A stretch of 64,000 bases of DNA from Nitrosopumilaceae archaeon (GCA_965214835.1 CBDCCK010000002.1:160001-224000); one strand, 5' to 3'. Counted from the first letter of the stretch, positions 1 through 10,181 are shown. Program-made: numbers and translations. The notes: generated by a model from the letters alone, not told the origin.

Positions 1-1
1 G

Positions 2-103
2 CTGGAGACGATGGACAAGAAGCTGGACAAGCTGGACGACATGTCAGAGACCCTCAAGGAGATGCGCGACACGCTAAACGAGATCAACCGGAAGATGAAA
101 TAG
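2..103 (+). CDS. C-terminal end of MDKKLD-repeat coiled-coil protein (truncated by window edge)
   Basis: Frame 2 reads LETMDKKLDKLDDMSETLKEMRDTLNEINRKMK*; paralogous to ORFs at 114, 1829 and 2494. Confidence 0.7.
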   Translation: METMDKKLDKLDDMSETLKEMRDTLNEINRKMK

Positions 104-113
104 CCGCGCATCC

Positions 114-359
114 GTGTTTGTTTCGTCTTTAATAGCATTGCCGCTATTCGGGTTCAACATGCGGCTTGGCAACAGCGGCAAGAAGGAGATCATGGACAAG
201 CTTGAGACGATGGACAAAAAGCTGGACTCCATGGACAAAAAGCTGGACTCCATGGACAAGCTTGACGAGATGTCAGAGACGCTCAGGGAGATGCGCGACA
301 CCCTCCAGCAGATGAACCGAAGACATGGATTTCAGCCAGATACCCTGGAAAGGCTTTAG
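114..359 (+). CDS. Small MDKKLD-repeat coiled-coil protein (possibly 5'-truncated paralog)
   Basis: IALPLFG segment followed by MDKKLDS repeats (21-bp DNA repeat at ~210-260). Confidence 0.55.
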   Translation: MFVSSLIALPLFGFNMRLGNSGKKEIMDKLETMDKKLDSMDKKLDSMDKLDEMSETLREMRDTLQQMNRRHGFQPDTLERL

Positions 360-392
360 CGCATCAAACAGAGAAGACATCTCAGGCGCCGA
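352..392 (-). repeat. Short diverged fragment of the tadC-like gene
   Basis: Encodes SAPEMSSLFDALKP versus SPPELSSLFDALKP in 36508..38481. Confidence 0.6.
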
Positions 393-447
393 AAGCCAGG
401 AATTCCGGCCGGTTCCCCCGGAAGACTGAAATGCCGTCCCTCTCCCA

Positions 448-1527
448 TTACCTGCGCCGCCTTGCACACACCACCATCAGCGCGGCAATGCCCGGTAGTG
501 CAGCTGCCACTATCATGACTTCATACCTTCCCTCCTCCAGGATTTCACGGATGATGCCACGTTCCGTGCGCGGCCGGTCTTCCGGCGCGGCGTCCGGTTC
601 GGAATTCGCGTTCCTGCCCGTGTCCGGAGACTCCTGCAGGGGTTCTGCCGGGGCCTGCTGTCTGTTCTCCTGCCCGTGCGCGCTGCCCGTATCATCCGTC
701 GCAGTCCCGACCGTAATCGTAAACGTTGCGCTGGCAGGCGCCTGCGACCACGGGGAGCCTGCCACCACCTCGTACGTTCCGCCTGCGAGTCTTCCCACCA
801 TCGCCGCAGTGTCGATTTCCAGGGCGTATGTGCCGTCCGGCCCCACGTCTACCGCCCTGTAGGTGGGCCCCAGGCTTGTCCCTATCATGACCTTCTCTCC
901 ACGCATCCCCGACGAGCCGTATATGCGGACGGTATCGCCCTCCTCGTAATGGCGCCTGTCCGTGTTTACAGTAAGAAATGACGCCATTGCATCATCAATG
1001 GCAGGATTCCCCGACGTCCCTGTCCGGCCGTCCTGCAGCCCGCTGCCTGGCGGCCCTCCCATATATCGCATCTCAAATGCCACCTGTCCCAGCACCTTCC
1101 CGCCTGCTTTAGCAGACACAAAGTACGTTCCAGGATCGCTGGTGTAATAGTCCAGCGCGTAATGCGAGACAAACCCGCCGTCCCTTGCTGCCAGCACGTT
1201 GTGTGTCTCGGAGATGTCGTCAGGATGCACTATCGTTATGTGTACAGGCATCCGGCCTGCCTCATACAGGATGCCTGTTATGTGCACTGCCACCCGCTCC
1301 CCGGGGCCTACCGCATAGTCGAACATGTCAACTCCCACCTCCCCGTGGGAGGTGTTTCCCGTGTTGGCGCGTGCGGCATGCGCCGCATCATAATCATGCA
1401 TTGCAAATGCCGCAGTCAGCATGCACAGCATCATGATGACGCATGCCGCACGGGCATCTCCCGACAGATCCCGCCCGGACCTGCGCGGCACGTCCGTTCC
1501 AGGCGCCCCCGGCAGAAGGATCCGCAT
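448..1527 (-). CDS. Exported surface protein with Ig-like domains and C-terminal membrane anchor
   Basis: Hydrophobic signal-like segment, V.TD...Y..GD.V.I.G repeats typical of thaumarchaeal surface proteins, C-terminal TM plus RRRR; ATG at 1527 overlaps the upstream TGA. Confidence 0.75.
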   Translation of the reverse strand: MRILLPGAPGTDVPRRSGRDLSGDARAACVIMMLCMLTAAFAMHDYDAAHAARANTGNTSHGEVGVDMFDYAVGPGERVAVHITGILYEAGRMPVHITIVHPDDISETHNVLAARDGGFVSHYALDYYTSDPGTYFVSAKAGGKVLGQVAFEMRYMGGPPGSGLQDGRTGTSGNPAIDDAMASFLTVNTDRRHYEEGDTVRIYGSSGMRGEKVMIGTSLGPTYRAVDVGPDGTYALEIDTAAMVGRLAGGTYEVVAGSPWSQAPASATFTITVGTATDDTGSAHGQENRQQAPAEPLQESPDTGRNANSEPDAAPEDRPRTERGIIREILEEGRYEVMIVAAALPGIAALMVVCARRRR

Positions 1528-1775
1528 CAGGGCCACCACCCCTGCCATTCGGCCGGAAACGCCAGCATTGCTGCTGCCATGAAGACTGCGTTTGCGGCTA
1601 TCGGAATCCAGAGCGAGTGCACAAGGTGCCTCCGTGCGGCCTCGCGGTTGCGGTCCTTCCACACAAGATAGCACACAAGCCCGGATATCACCCAGCAGAA
1701 CACGTGCGCGACCCACCACAGCCTTGACGGGGACCCGGCCTGAACGGGGCCTGCCGGAGGCCCTTCTGAGGACAT
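1527..1775 (-). CDS. Small membrane protein
   Basis: Hydrophobic helices (LWWVAHVFCWVISGLVCYLVW); TATA-like TTTAATA ~25 nt upstream. Confidence 0.7.
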   Translation of the reverse strand: MSSEGPPAGPVQAGSPSRLWWVAHVFCWVISGLVCYLVWKDRNREAARRHLVHSLWIPIAANAVFMAAAMLAFPAEWQGWWP

Positions 1776-1828
1776 GCATGATCCAGCCGCGTTTGCTATT
1801 AAAGATGAAAAATGGTGCCTGCCGGCAG

Positions 1829-2224
1829 TCACGTCCTTTCAGGAAGACGCTCTCGCAAAATGTCGCGTATCTCCTTTAGAATGTCTTTCATTTCAACCTG
1901 TGTCTCTATGATGTCGTCCAGCTTGTCCAGCTTCTTGTCCATCGTCTCCAGCTTGTCCAGCTTCTTATCCATGCTGTCCAGCTTCTTGTCCTGCTTTTCG
2001 AAGGCGGCCATGATTTTTTTCATGTCCTTTTCGCTCAGAATCAATGCCATCAGGAAGAAGGTGATTGGAATAAAAACGCCAAATACCAAGCCCAGCACCC
2101 AGTCATAACCGAAATAGAATACGGCAAGTAAGATGAGCAGATCCACGAAGGCGGAGGCTGCGATCGTTATGGCAAGAATGCGGCGATCAATTCTGCCTAT
2201 GACTGCCTTCAATCCACCGGACAT
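1829..2224 (-). CDS. Two-TM membrane protein with MDKKLD coiled-coil tail
   Basis: Two TM helices, then DKKLDSMDKKLDKLETMDKKLDKLDD. Confidence 0.8.
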   Translation of the reverse strand: MSGGLKAVIGRIDRRILAITIAASAFVDLLILLAVFYFGYDWVLGLVFGVFIPITFFLMALILSEKDMKKIMAAFEKQDKKLDSMDKKLDKLETMDKKLDKLDDIIETQVEMKDILKEIRDILRERLPERT

Positions 2225-2493
2225 GATTCTTTCACGGGTCTGCACGTTATATCGATGTTGGATGCAGTTCCACGGGTTCACATGCAGTCTGTCATTTGAG
2301 ATTAGTGTAGGTTTCGGTCAGGCATGGAATTGCAGGCCAGACAGAACAGTCATGACGGGACAGTCGTTTCTGCAAAGCCTGACACTGACGGCGACAGGTT
2401 CCCGTCGATATTCTGGTGACGGTGGCAGGCTGGTGACATCAGGACTGATGGCATCTACGAGTGGAGGAAGGCAGGTGGCGGGGACAGTACGTC

Positions 2494-2858
2494 ATGACGA
2501 GACTCAATGGCCCGATGATTTACTTTGTGATGCTGCTCATCGCACTGGTGTCGTTTCTCCTGTCAGGCGCGTCGCTGATCATATTCAGGCTGCTGTTGCC
2601 GGAGATACATGCCGTCCATGGCGAGGTCATCCAGACGTGGCTGTTCTTTTCGGCTTCATTTGCTTTGCCGTTATTTGGAATCAACTTGTGGTGGAGTGTG
2701 ACACATCTTGACAGAATGGAGAAGTTCGGAGACAAGTTGACGTCATCGATGGCAAGCTGGACAGCATGGATAAGGAGATCTACAAGCTTGACGACATATC
2801 GGAGACCCTCAGGGAGATGAACGGCAAGCTGGATGAGATAAGCGGCAAGCTGAAATAG
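2494..2858 (+). pseudogene. Two-TM MDKKLD-family paralog with a 1-nt frameshift near 2740
   Basis: TM region in one frame; DVIDGKLDSMDKEIYKLDDISETLREMNGKLDEISGKLK* continues in another. Confidence 0.65.
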
Positions 2859-2904
2859 TCACACATGTACCTGTGATGATGCGGTACCGTCAGTGACTTT
2901 GGAT

Positions 2905-3507
2905 TCACATTCCATACAGGATTATTCCCATGATTATTCCTGTGATGATGCCCAGGACAGAGAATATGGCAATACCTGCAGCGGTGCCTATTATTTCATC
3001 CATCAGCCTGCCGTCTCCCTGCCCATATGACGCATATCTCACATTTTCACCATCCGAAGACCCGGAATCCTGCATGTTGCTGGCTGCCGCAGGCCGTGTC
3101 TTTTGCCCATCCTCCAGCACGCAATCATCGCAAATATTCGGATGAACTCCTTTATTGTAGCACCGCACCGGATTGTCCATGCCGCCGCCGCATCCCGGAT
3201 GATGACAAAATATGAGCATGCGATGTTTCATGTTTTTGTCGCATCTGCTGCACCGCGTCTCCATGGGTGTAGCATACCTCACATTTCCACCATCCAAAGG
3301 TTCGAAATCCTGTAGATCACGGGCAGTTGCTGCAGGCCGTGCCTTTTGTACATCCTCCAGCACGCAGTCACCGCAAATATTCTGATGTGATTTTTTGTTG
3401 TGACACCTTACAGGACTGCCCAGGGCACCGCCGCATCCCGGATGATAACAAAATATGAGCATGCCGTGCATTATGTTTTTGTCGCATCTGTAGCACCGCG
3501 CCTTCAT
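2905..3507 (-). CDS. Membrane-anchored protein with two tandem Cys/His-rich (zinc-finger-like) domains
   Basis: Two copies of CxxC...CxHPGC...C...ICxDC with a 243-bp DNA period; C-terminal TM. Confidence 0.75.
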   Translation of the reverse strand: MKARCYRCDKNIMHGMLIFCYHPGCGGALGSPVRCHNKKSHQNICGDCVLEDVQKARPAATARDLQDFEPLDGGNVRYATPMETRCSRCDKNMKHRMLIFCHHPGCGGGMDNPVRCYNKGVHPNICDDCVLEDGQKTRPAAASNMQDSGSSDGENVRYASYGQGDGRLMDEIIGTAAGIAIFSVLGIITGIIMGIILYGM

Positions 3508-3704
3508 GGGTGCAACACCTCTCTCTCACCGCAGCAGGCAACCTCCAATCTATCATATCGAGCCATCAGGCTGCCGTCTCCCTACACGCCTGCTGCCTGC
3601 CCCAAATGCGCTGCACGCAAAATACGCCATTATTATAATGACTATGGCGCCCGTCGCCCCGATCCTGGAGACATCAATCATGATACCATGACGCATGTTT
3701 GCAT

Positions 3705-3965
3705 TTAACTGCCCCCACCGCCCGTCCCCTTCCTCCACTCGTAGATGTCCATCAGCCCCGACGTCACCAGCCGGCCCCGCCTGTACAGCGAGATCCGGTG
3801 CAGCGTCCTGCCGCTTCTGTGGAGGCTGCGCTCCTCCATGACTATCCTGTATATCCCAAAGTGCGCCTCGTCGCCGTCCCCGAGGTCCCCGATCGCGGAG
3901 GTTATCGTCTCAGGAGAGTGTCCCGTTATCGAGCACATGCGCACAAACGCATCACCGTACCTCAT
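3705..3965 (-). CDS. Small hypothetical protein
   Basis: Follows the large minus-strand operon; its 3' part has an inverted diverged copy at ~2424-2483. Confidence 0.55.
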   Translation of the reverse strand: MRYGDAFVRMCSITGHSPETITSAIGDLGDGDEAHFGIYRIVMEERSLHRSGRTLHRISLYRRGRLVTSGLMDIYEWRKGTGGGGS

Positions 3966-4035
3966 GCCCGTATCTGTACCGTTTGAATTTAACCCGGCTT
4001 TTTGCGCAGCAGGCAGCCTGCATGCCGGTCCTGTG

Positions 4036-7000
4036 TCATCCCTGCTGCCTCCTCTTTGTATACATGGCCCTGACTGCCCTGTACCCGACGTATATCATGG
4101 CGCCCCCCATCAGCACGTAGAATATGCGGTACCCGATGACCTCCTCGTATAATGCCTCGGACGTTCCGTCCGGCGCTATCGCAGTCACGTTGCGCATTAC
4201 CGCGATTCCGCCCCACTCGTTCTGGACCGTCACCACCCCCAGCGCCGGCCCCGGCCTGTCAAGCACCAGCAGGCACCCGTCCCCGGCGCATGCCGAGTCG
4301 CGCATCCTGGTGCCATCAACCCATGCTGATTCGATGCCGCCGAACTCGCGCTCGCCCTGTACCATTGCCGTGTCGTCGTACATCTCCGTCAGAAGGACGT
4401 TCTCCGGGTGCATGTTTACCGGGATCCGTATCACGGGCTCTGCCTCAAAGCCGCCGTACAGCATGACTCCGGTGGCCTCTGCGCCCTCCCTGCCTGCCGT
4501 AACGTATATGGAGTGCCACGAGATGTGCGTCATCAGCGTACTCTCGTCTTCTGTTATCGCGTCCCCGTGCGATGCCGCCCCCAGGCGCTCTGCCAGCGGC
4601 GGCAGCGCCGACGTCGGATACGCTATTCCCGTGCGGTTGAGCAGTATCACGGATGTCGGCCCGCCAGGATATGCAGGCACGTTCATCTGGTACGTGTCGC
4701 CGAGCCTGAGATACGAGTACTTGTGGTCGGTCTTGTTATACAGCATGTGCTCTACCAGCGAGACCCTGCCGTACAGGTCCGGCGACTCGTCGCGTATGCG
4801 TATCTCCAGGATGTCCGTTTCCCCGTCTATCTCAGGCGGCAGCGGTGCGGTCACGTGCCACGCCGTGGCGTTGAGCGGTATGGAGAACCTGCCAAGCGGG
4901 TACCCGTACCCGTATGCGTGAAGCCATGTCACCTGTTCCCCGCCATAGTCGCGCGATGCCAGCGTGTCATGGGTAGTCATGTTCAGGTACAGCATGGGTG
5001 CGGCCTCGGCCGGGATGTCGCCGTCCACTGCTATCCTGATGTATCCCTCTTTTTCTATCATGGCGTCCTGGACGGTCCCGTTCCAGTATACGGGTGCGGC
5101 ATCGGCCCATCCGGTGACCGTCTTGAGCGGATGATCCTCTGGTATGTAGCCGCGCACCGTCGGGTGTATCGAGGTATCGTCAAGTCCTGCGGCGTCTGTC
5201 ATTGTGACGTCGGACTGCCATTTGGCATAGTCGGTCCCAAGCGGGGTCTGGATTGCCTGCACGGCGTAAATGTCGGTCACCTTCATCGGCCGCAGCGCGT
5301 GGATTCCCGGAGTGTCGCCGGGCCCGCCGCCCTCTGATCCCGCGTATTTGAGCGCCGTACCGTACCTGTTCTCAAAGCTGGTTGTGCCGCCGTCATTTGT
5401 GATACTCCACGTCATCTCCGAGTCTATTACGGGATCATACCACACCACCAGCGGCTTTGCTGCTCCCGTCCATTCCCCTGCCGGCCTGCCAAGGTTGTAC
5501 AGTGTGGCATAATGCAGAAGATTCTGGATGCCGTGCTCCGAGTCCTCATAGTGGACCGACAGCAGGTCGCCGTTTCCCGTATCCTGCAAGTATTCTGTTA
5601 TACGGTCGTGGTTTACAGATGAATGGCATGTGTGCATTCCAGTGCACAGGTGATCGTCCATCTCGATTACCGTGGTATCAGTTATGTCCGTATCAAACGA
5701 TATCGTCGCGTGCCGCTCGTCCTTCCAGACGGCGTCAGGCCATCCGTGTATGCCTATGGCATCATCGATATAGTATGTGGCATCCAGGTTCTTTGAGGGA
5801 AAGCCGTCCCTGTCGTATACCTGCGGGAACGCAAACAGTATCGGTCCCGTGCCGTTTACCGTGGGATATGCAATGTCTGCCGTATCTTGGCGCTTGTAAG
5901 TATGGCATTTTGTGGGGTTGTGGCTGCAGTACTGGCCGTATCCCGTTATCTCTATGCGCGTGGAATCAAACAGCAGCCGCCTCTCCTCCGGATAAGCGCA
6001 ATAGTTGACAAACGCAAGGTACCTCTCTATGGCGTTATGGTCCGTTCTCCACTTTGATGGGTTGTTCTTGTTGCCCTTTGTCCAGTAGCCGAATCTTGAT
6101 TCCAGGCTCTCATAGTATGCCTCGTCGTCTGTGATACACCACTGCGGCGGCGTGTCCTCTGTCGCAAGCTCTATGTGACCGTATACGCATCCCGAATACT
6201 TTTGACCCCGGCCGCATCCGGCGGCTGCCACCTCTTCGGCAAATAATTCCACGTCCTCGTCGTGCTCGAGTGCATCGAGTGCGTCAAACTCCGTCTGGTC
6301 GCGCGGCACGCCATAGTGGATCTTTGTCATGTCCGTATCATGGTGATCATCCAGGCCGCTGCACGATATCCTCCTGGTGGAGTCGCAGAATTCCTCGAGG
6401 GAATGGATGTCAAACCTTGGTAGGCTCTCCACGCGCGCCTCTTCGAGGATCGGGTGGTTTGACGTATACCCCATCACCCTGCCCGGACTCCCGCGCGGCT
6501 CGTACCTGCCTGCACTCACCTTGACTGTTATGGGCTCGCCGTCCGGGTCAAACTCTTCTGCACCCCAGTTCATGACGCCCCTGCCGGAGTACTGGAGCTC
6601 CTTTGCCTGTGTCCCGTTGAGGATGGTACCGACGCTGAGGTGCGCCCTGGAGACGTCGCACGGCCCGTCCTCAAGCGCCCCCAGATATGGCCCGATGCAC
6701 GACCTTGACGGGGCAGGCGACAGCGTGTAGGTCTCGCTCCATGTCGCCACGCAGTTCTGGTGGAAGCACCTCTTCCTGCTCTTCTCATAGTCTATCACGT
6801 CAAAGACGTGGCCCACCACCTGCTCGTCGACGCGCATCCCCCACGTGCTGAACCTGTGGTCGTGGACCTTCCCGTCGTGGTCTATCCTGTGAAGCGACAT
6901 GACGTGCATGTTCTGCGAGACCTCGAGCGGGTGCACCTGGAATCGCATGCACTCGCGGTGGCCGCTATACTTGTAGATGAAATGAAACGCGTCTCCCGGA

Positions 7001-7221
7001 TAGTACGTGCCGTCGGGGTTGATGCGGTCATCCCCGCTGGCAGCCCTCACCACCGGCGATGTCCCCGTGTCGCTGATGCGAACCCAGCACTTGCGGTCCA
7101 GGTGGGATGCATGCGCCTCGTCTGCCGTAATTATTACTTCCATGACTGTTATTGATGCTGCCAGTAACACCAGCGCCGGAACCAAGGATCTAATGACAGT
7201 CATTTTTTGCAGCGTCATCAT
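4036..7221 (-). CDS. Large (1061 aa) exported Cys-containing surface protein with C-terminal TM anchor
   Basis: Signal peptide ending AHA, C-terminal TM plus basic tail, ATGA overlap with upstream gene. Confidence 0.85.
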   Translation of the reverse strand: MMTLQKMTVIRSLVPALVLLAASITVMEVIITADEAHASHLDRKCWVRISDTGTSPVVRAASGDDRINPDGTYYPGDAFHFIYKYSGHRECMRFQVHPLEVSQNMHVMSLHRIDHDGKVHDHRFSTWGMRVDEQVVGHVFDVIDYEKSRKRCFHQNCVATWSETYTLSPAPSRSCIGPYLGALEDGPCDVSRAHLSVGTILNGTQAKELQYSGRGVMNWGAEEFDPDGEPITVKVSAGRYEPRGSPGRVMGYTSNHPILEEARVESLPRFDIHSLEEFCDSTRRISCSGLDDHHDTDMTKIHYGVPRDQTEFDALDALEHDEDVELFAEEVAAAGCGRGQKYSGCVYGHIELATEDTPPQWCITDDEAYYESLESRFGYWTKGNKNNPSKWRTDHNAIERYLAFVNYCAYPEERRLLFDSTRIEITGYGQYCSHNPTKCHTYKRQDTADIAYPTVNGTGPILFAFPQVYDRDGFPSKNLDATYYIDDAIGIHGWPDAVWKDERHATISFDTDITDTTVIEMDDHLCTGMHTCHSSVNHDRITEYLQDTGNGDLLSVHYEDSEHGIQNLLHYATLYNLGRPAGEWTGAAKPLVVWYDPVIDSEMTWSITNDGGTTSFENRYGTALKYAGSEGGGPGDTPGIHALRPMKVTDIYAVQAIQTPLGTDYAKWQSDVTMTDAAGLDDTSIHPTVRGYIPEDHPLKTVTGWADAAPVYWNGTVQDAMIEKEGYIRIAVDGDIPAEAAPMLYLNMTTHDTLASRDYGGEQVTWLHAYGYGYPLGRFSIPLNATAWHVTAPLPPEIDGETDILEIRIRDESPDLYGRVSLVEHMLYNKTDHKYSYLRLGDTYQMNVPAYPGGPTSVILLNRTGIAYPTSALPPLAERLGAASHGDAITEDESTLMTHISWHSIYVTAGREGAEATGVMLYGGFEAEPVIRIPVNMHPENVLLTEMYDDTAMVQGEREFGGIESAWVDGTRMRDSACAGDGCLLVLDRPGPALGVVTVQNEWGGIAVMRNVTAIAPDGTSEALYEEVIGYRIFYVLMGGAMIYVGYRAVRAMYTKRRQQG

Positions 7222-10181
7222 GTATCTTTCTCCCTGTACTCGCCTATCGCCGCCAGTATGCGGACGCGGTTCACGTAGGACAGCGCGGCAATGCCGGCAA
7301 ACCCGCAGACCAGTATGAGTCCCGTATAGTCCTCGCGGTACAGCGCCTCGGTGCTAAAGTTCTCGCGTGCGCGCAGCTGGACTGTCTGCGAGTAGATGTC
7401 GGATCCGTGGCCCTGCGGCAGCTCGGTCCAGCGGTCAAAGACGTCAGATACCAGGAACGGTATTCTTTCTCGCGGCGGCGCGTCCAGCGTCACCATCTGG
7501 CCGTCCTCGTATATGCCGCCTCCCGTCCCGCCGTGCACCTGTATCCTTATGGTGTGCATGTATTCGAGCCTGACCACGGTCAGCCCGTCTACATTCACCG
7601 GGAACGTGGGTGTCTCCCATGTATTGCCGTCGCCGTCCGTCGCCCGCACAAAGCTGTATCCGGCGTTTCCAACTATGACGTCGCGTGGAACCTCCACGTG
7701 GGCGGTCCCCAGGCCGACTGCCGTCTCGCCGGGGATGCCGGCAGTCGCCGTCTCGCCCGACTCCGAGGTTATGACCGCCGTGCCGGTGGTGGCAATCAGT
7801 GTGCCGGTGTCTACTGCGCGGGACTCCAGCCTGAGCACCGCCCTGTCGGGTATCATATACTCGTGGGAAAAGGTGGCCGCCTCGTATCCGGGGGCCTCCA
7901 GCGTTATGTGTATATCGTACGTCCCCGGGGACACGGGCGTTATGACTATTCCGGCATCGGACTCCGTGTATGGCAGCTCCGTGTCGATTATGTGCGTGGC
8001 CGCATCCGGCGCGGCTATCCCCACGACCTGGGAGGTTCCGATGTCTATTGTGTTTGACCCGAATGCCACTGTCGCGAGATCCGACGGCAGATCGTTTGTA
8101 AAGACGGCGACTGACGTCTCCCCGAATCCGACGGTCTCCCCGAATATCGCAAACGTCTCCCGCCCGGGGGACTGCGGCATGCAGGAGTACATGTTCCGGG
8201 ACTGCGCTGCTGCCGTGCAGCCGGTCTCCATGTGCTCTGAGATGTCAAGTATGTGGCCGTCGGCCGATCTCAGGTATGCGTATGCCGGGAACTCCTCTCC
8301 CCAGCGCACCGAGTCGGGGGCCCTGATGGTCAGCTGGAACGGGCTGGCAGGTATATTGGACTGCTGGCCTGTGATGTCCTCGGTGTCCGCTATCGCGGTG
8401 ACCTCGGGGTTTCTCACGTGCGGCGTCCCATACACGTAGGTTATCGGGTGCTCGAGGCGCACCGTCTGCGGCAGGTCCGCCTGCGAGGAGATCAGCGTTA
8501 TGCGGAGATCGCCGAACGTGTCGTGCGGGTCCACCACGTTTCCGGCCGAGTCCAGCACCATGACTGCCAGTACGGGCTGCGTCCCATGATTGTCGCCGCC
8601 GGCATCAACGCTCATCTGGCGCAGCTCCAGCGTGTACCGTTCCGTTCCTACTGCGATCTCGGCTGTCGCCGATCCCGTGTGCGGCGATGACAGGTGGATG
8701 GCCGACGGGGCCTGGGATGTCGGCGTCACCCGGAATGCTACGGACTGGGCCGGGAGCCCCTCTGGATCCCACGTGATGCTCTCCTCGTGCTCCAGCCCGC
8801 TTGAGGAGACGTGGATCACGCTGCCCTCTATCCCGTATGTTGGGATCACGTCGGGGAGCGTCCTGTCGTATTTGTCGCGGAACTCCACGTCTATTACCTC
8901 GTGGTCCGGGTTTTCCGTGTCCGTGTCTATATCCCACAGCGACGTATCGGTGTATGCTGATGCCACAAGGTAGGCTGCAGAGTCCAGCGGGATGGACGGC
9001 GGGTAGACTGCCGCAGTCATGGTGTTGGGGCGTGCTGCCAGCACCTGGGAGATGCGCTCAAGCGGCCTGCAGTCGGTCTCGGTTACCGTTACCGGCTCCA
9101 GCACCGTTTCAGCGCCTCCGTCATCATCACCGGCTGCTGCAGTAGAGTTTACCGCCACCAGCTGCAGCTCTATGTGCAGTGTAGTGATGCATACCTTGAC
9201 GTCCTTCCCGTCTATCCTGTCGAGCACCTCCATTTCGGCCTCGGCGGCGCCTATACCCCGGACGCTTGCTGTAACTGACGCGGTTCCCTCCCCGTGCGTG
9301 TATAGCTTTGCCATCCCCAGCCCGTTTACGATGTTGACCTTTGTCGTGGAATGGTCAGCTGTCCTGGTCGGCGTGAAGCCGGCTATCAGCCTGTCGGATA
9401 TTGTCAGCTCGGCCTCGCGCAGCGCGGAGGATGTCACCTGCTGCTGCCTGCCTGCGGCATCCTCCAGCCAGACGAACACGTATGCATAGCTGTTGGAGGC
9501 AATCACCCCGTCAGGCGCCACGGCTACCCTGACCGAGTGCCTGTCGTGCACGTACCGTATTTCTGCCGTGTCCGATACCGTGCTGTCCGTGTATGCCGTT
9601 ATCGTGGCGTCGTCGGCATGCAGTTTTATGGGCGCCATGGCATGCGTCTCCCCGTCGCGTATGGTTACGGTATTCGGCATGTCCACGCCGGTTCCAGCAA
9701 GGTGCACCCGCGTGTCGCCTGCGGATCTGACCGGCGTTCCAAGGTGGTCTACAAGCTGGACTGCGGCCGTGAATTCCCGGGATGCCGATGCCTCTGGGAC
9801 CGTCAGCACTATGGCGGTGTCCGAGCCTGCCCTCTCGTGTATGGTGGAGAAGGCCGGCGCGGCAAACTCCCCTGCGCGCTCGGCCCTGACCTCCAGGTCT
9901 CCCGTGCCCCTTATCTTTATCTCGAACGTTCCATGGTTTCTGCCCGCAGGGATTGTTACCTCGGCCGGGATGCCTATGATGTCGGAGCTTGATGCCAGGC
10001 GTACTGTTTCTGTTGTTGCATGGCCGTCGTCGCGGATGTACACGCCGTAATAGTACGCATCCGGCTGCGTGAAGAGCATCTGGTCGGGGATGAACAGCTC
10101 GTCTGCGTGTGCTGGCATGACGGGAATGGTTGCAGCTACAGCGATTATTGCGGCGACGACTGCGTGCAGGGCGTATCTCAC
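7218..10181 (-). CDS. Large (987 aa) exported Ig-like beta-sandwich surface protein/adhesin
   Basis: Signal peptide (PAHA), Thr/Val/Ala-rich beta repeats, GGTGGG.Y..G..V.L.A motif, C-terminal TM. Confidence 0.85.
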   Translation of the reverse strand: MRYALHAVVAAIIAVAATIPVMPAHADELFIPDQMLFTQPDAYYYGVYIRDDGHATTETVRLASSSDIIGIPAEVTIPAGRNHGTFEIKIRGTGDLEVRAERAGEFAAPAFSTIHERAGSDTAIVLTVPEASASREFTAAVQLVDHLGTPVRSAGDTRVHLAGTGVDMPNTVTIRDGETHAMAPIKLHADDATITAYTDSTVSDTAEIRYVHDRHSVRVAVAPDGVIASNSYAYVFVWLEDAAGRQQQVTSSALREAELTISDRLIAGFTPTRTADHSTTKVNIVNGLGMAKLYTHGEGTASVTASVRGIGAAEAEMEVLDRIDGKDVKVCITTLHIELQLVAVNSTAAAGDDDGGAETVLEPVTVTETDCRPLERISQVLAARPNTMTAAVYPPSIPLDSAAYLVASAYTDTSLWDIDTDTENPDHEVIDVEFRDKYDRTLPDVIPTYGIEGSVIHVSSSGLEHEESITWDPEGLPAQSVAFRVTPTSQAPSAIHLSSPHTGSATAEIAVGTERYTLELRQMSVDAGGDNHGTQPVLAVMVLDSAGNVVDPHDTFGDLRITLISSQADLPQTVRLEHPITYVYGTPHVRNPEVTAIADTEDITGQQSNIPASPFQLTIRAPDSVRWGEEFPAYAYLRSADGHILDISEHMETGCTAAAQSRNMYSCMPQSPGRETFAIFGETVGFGETSVAVFTNDLPSDLATVAFGSNTIDIGTSQVVGIAAPDAATHIIDTELPYTESDAGIVITPVSPGTYDIHITLEAPGYEAATFSHEYMIPDRAVLRLESRAVDTGTLIATTGTAVITSESGETATAGIPGETAVGLGTAHVEVPRDVIVGNAGYSFVRATDGDGNTWETPTFPVNVDGLTVVRLEYMHTIRIQVHGGTGGGIYEDGQMVTLDAPPRERIPFLVSDVFDRWTELPQGHGSDIYSQTVQLRARENFSTEALYREDYTGLILVCGFAGIAALSYVNRVRILAAIGEYREKDT

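Noticed and set aside
4124-10050. Long plus-strand ORFs (e.g. 7396..8439, 4408..5337; also 36674..37678, 53440..54396)
   Set aside because: Antisense shadows of GC-rich minus-strand genes; Ser/Pro/Arg-rich with no motifs
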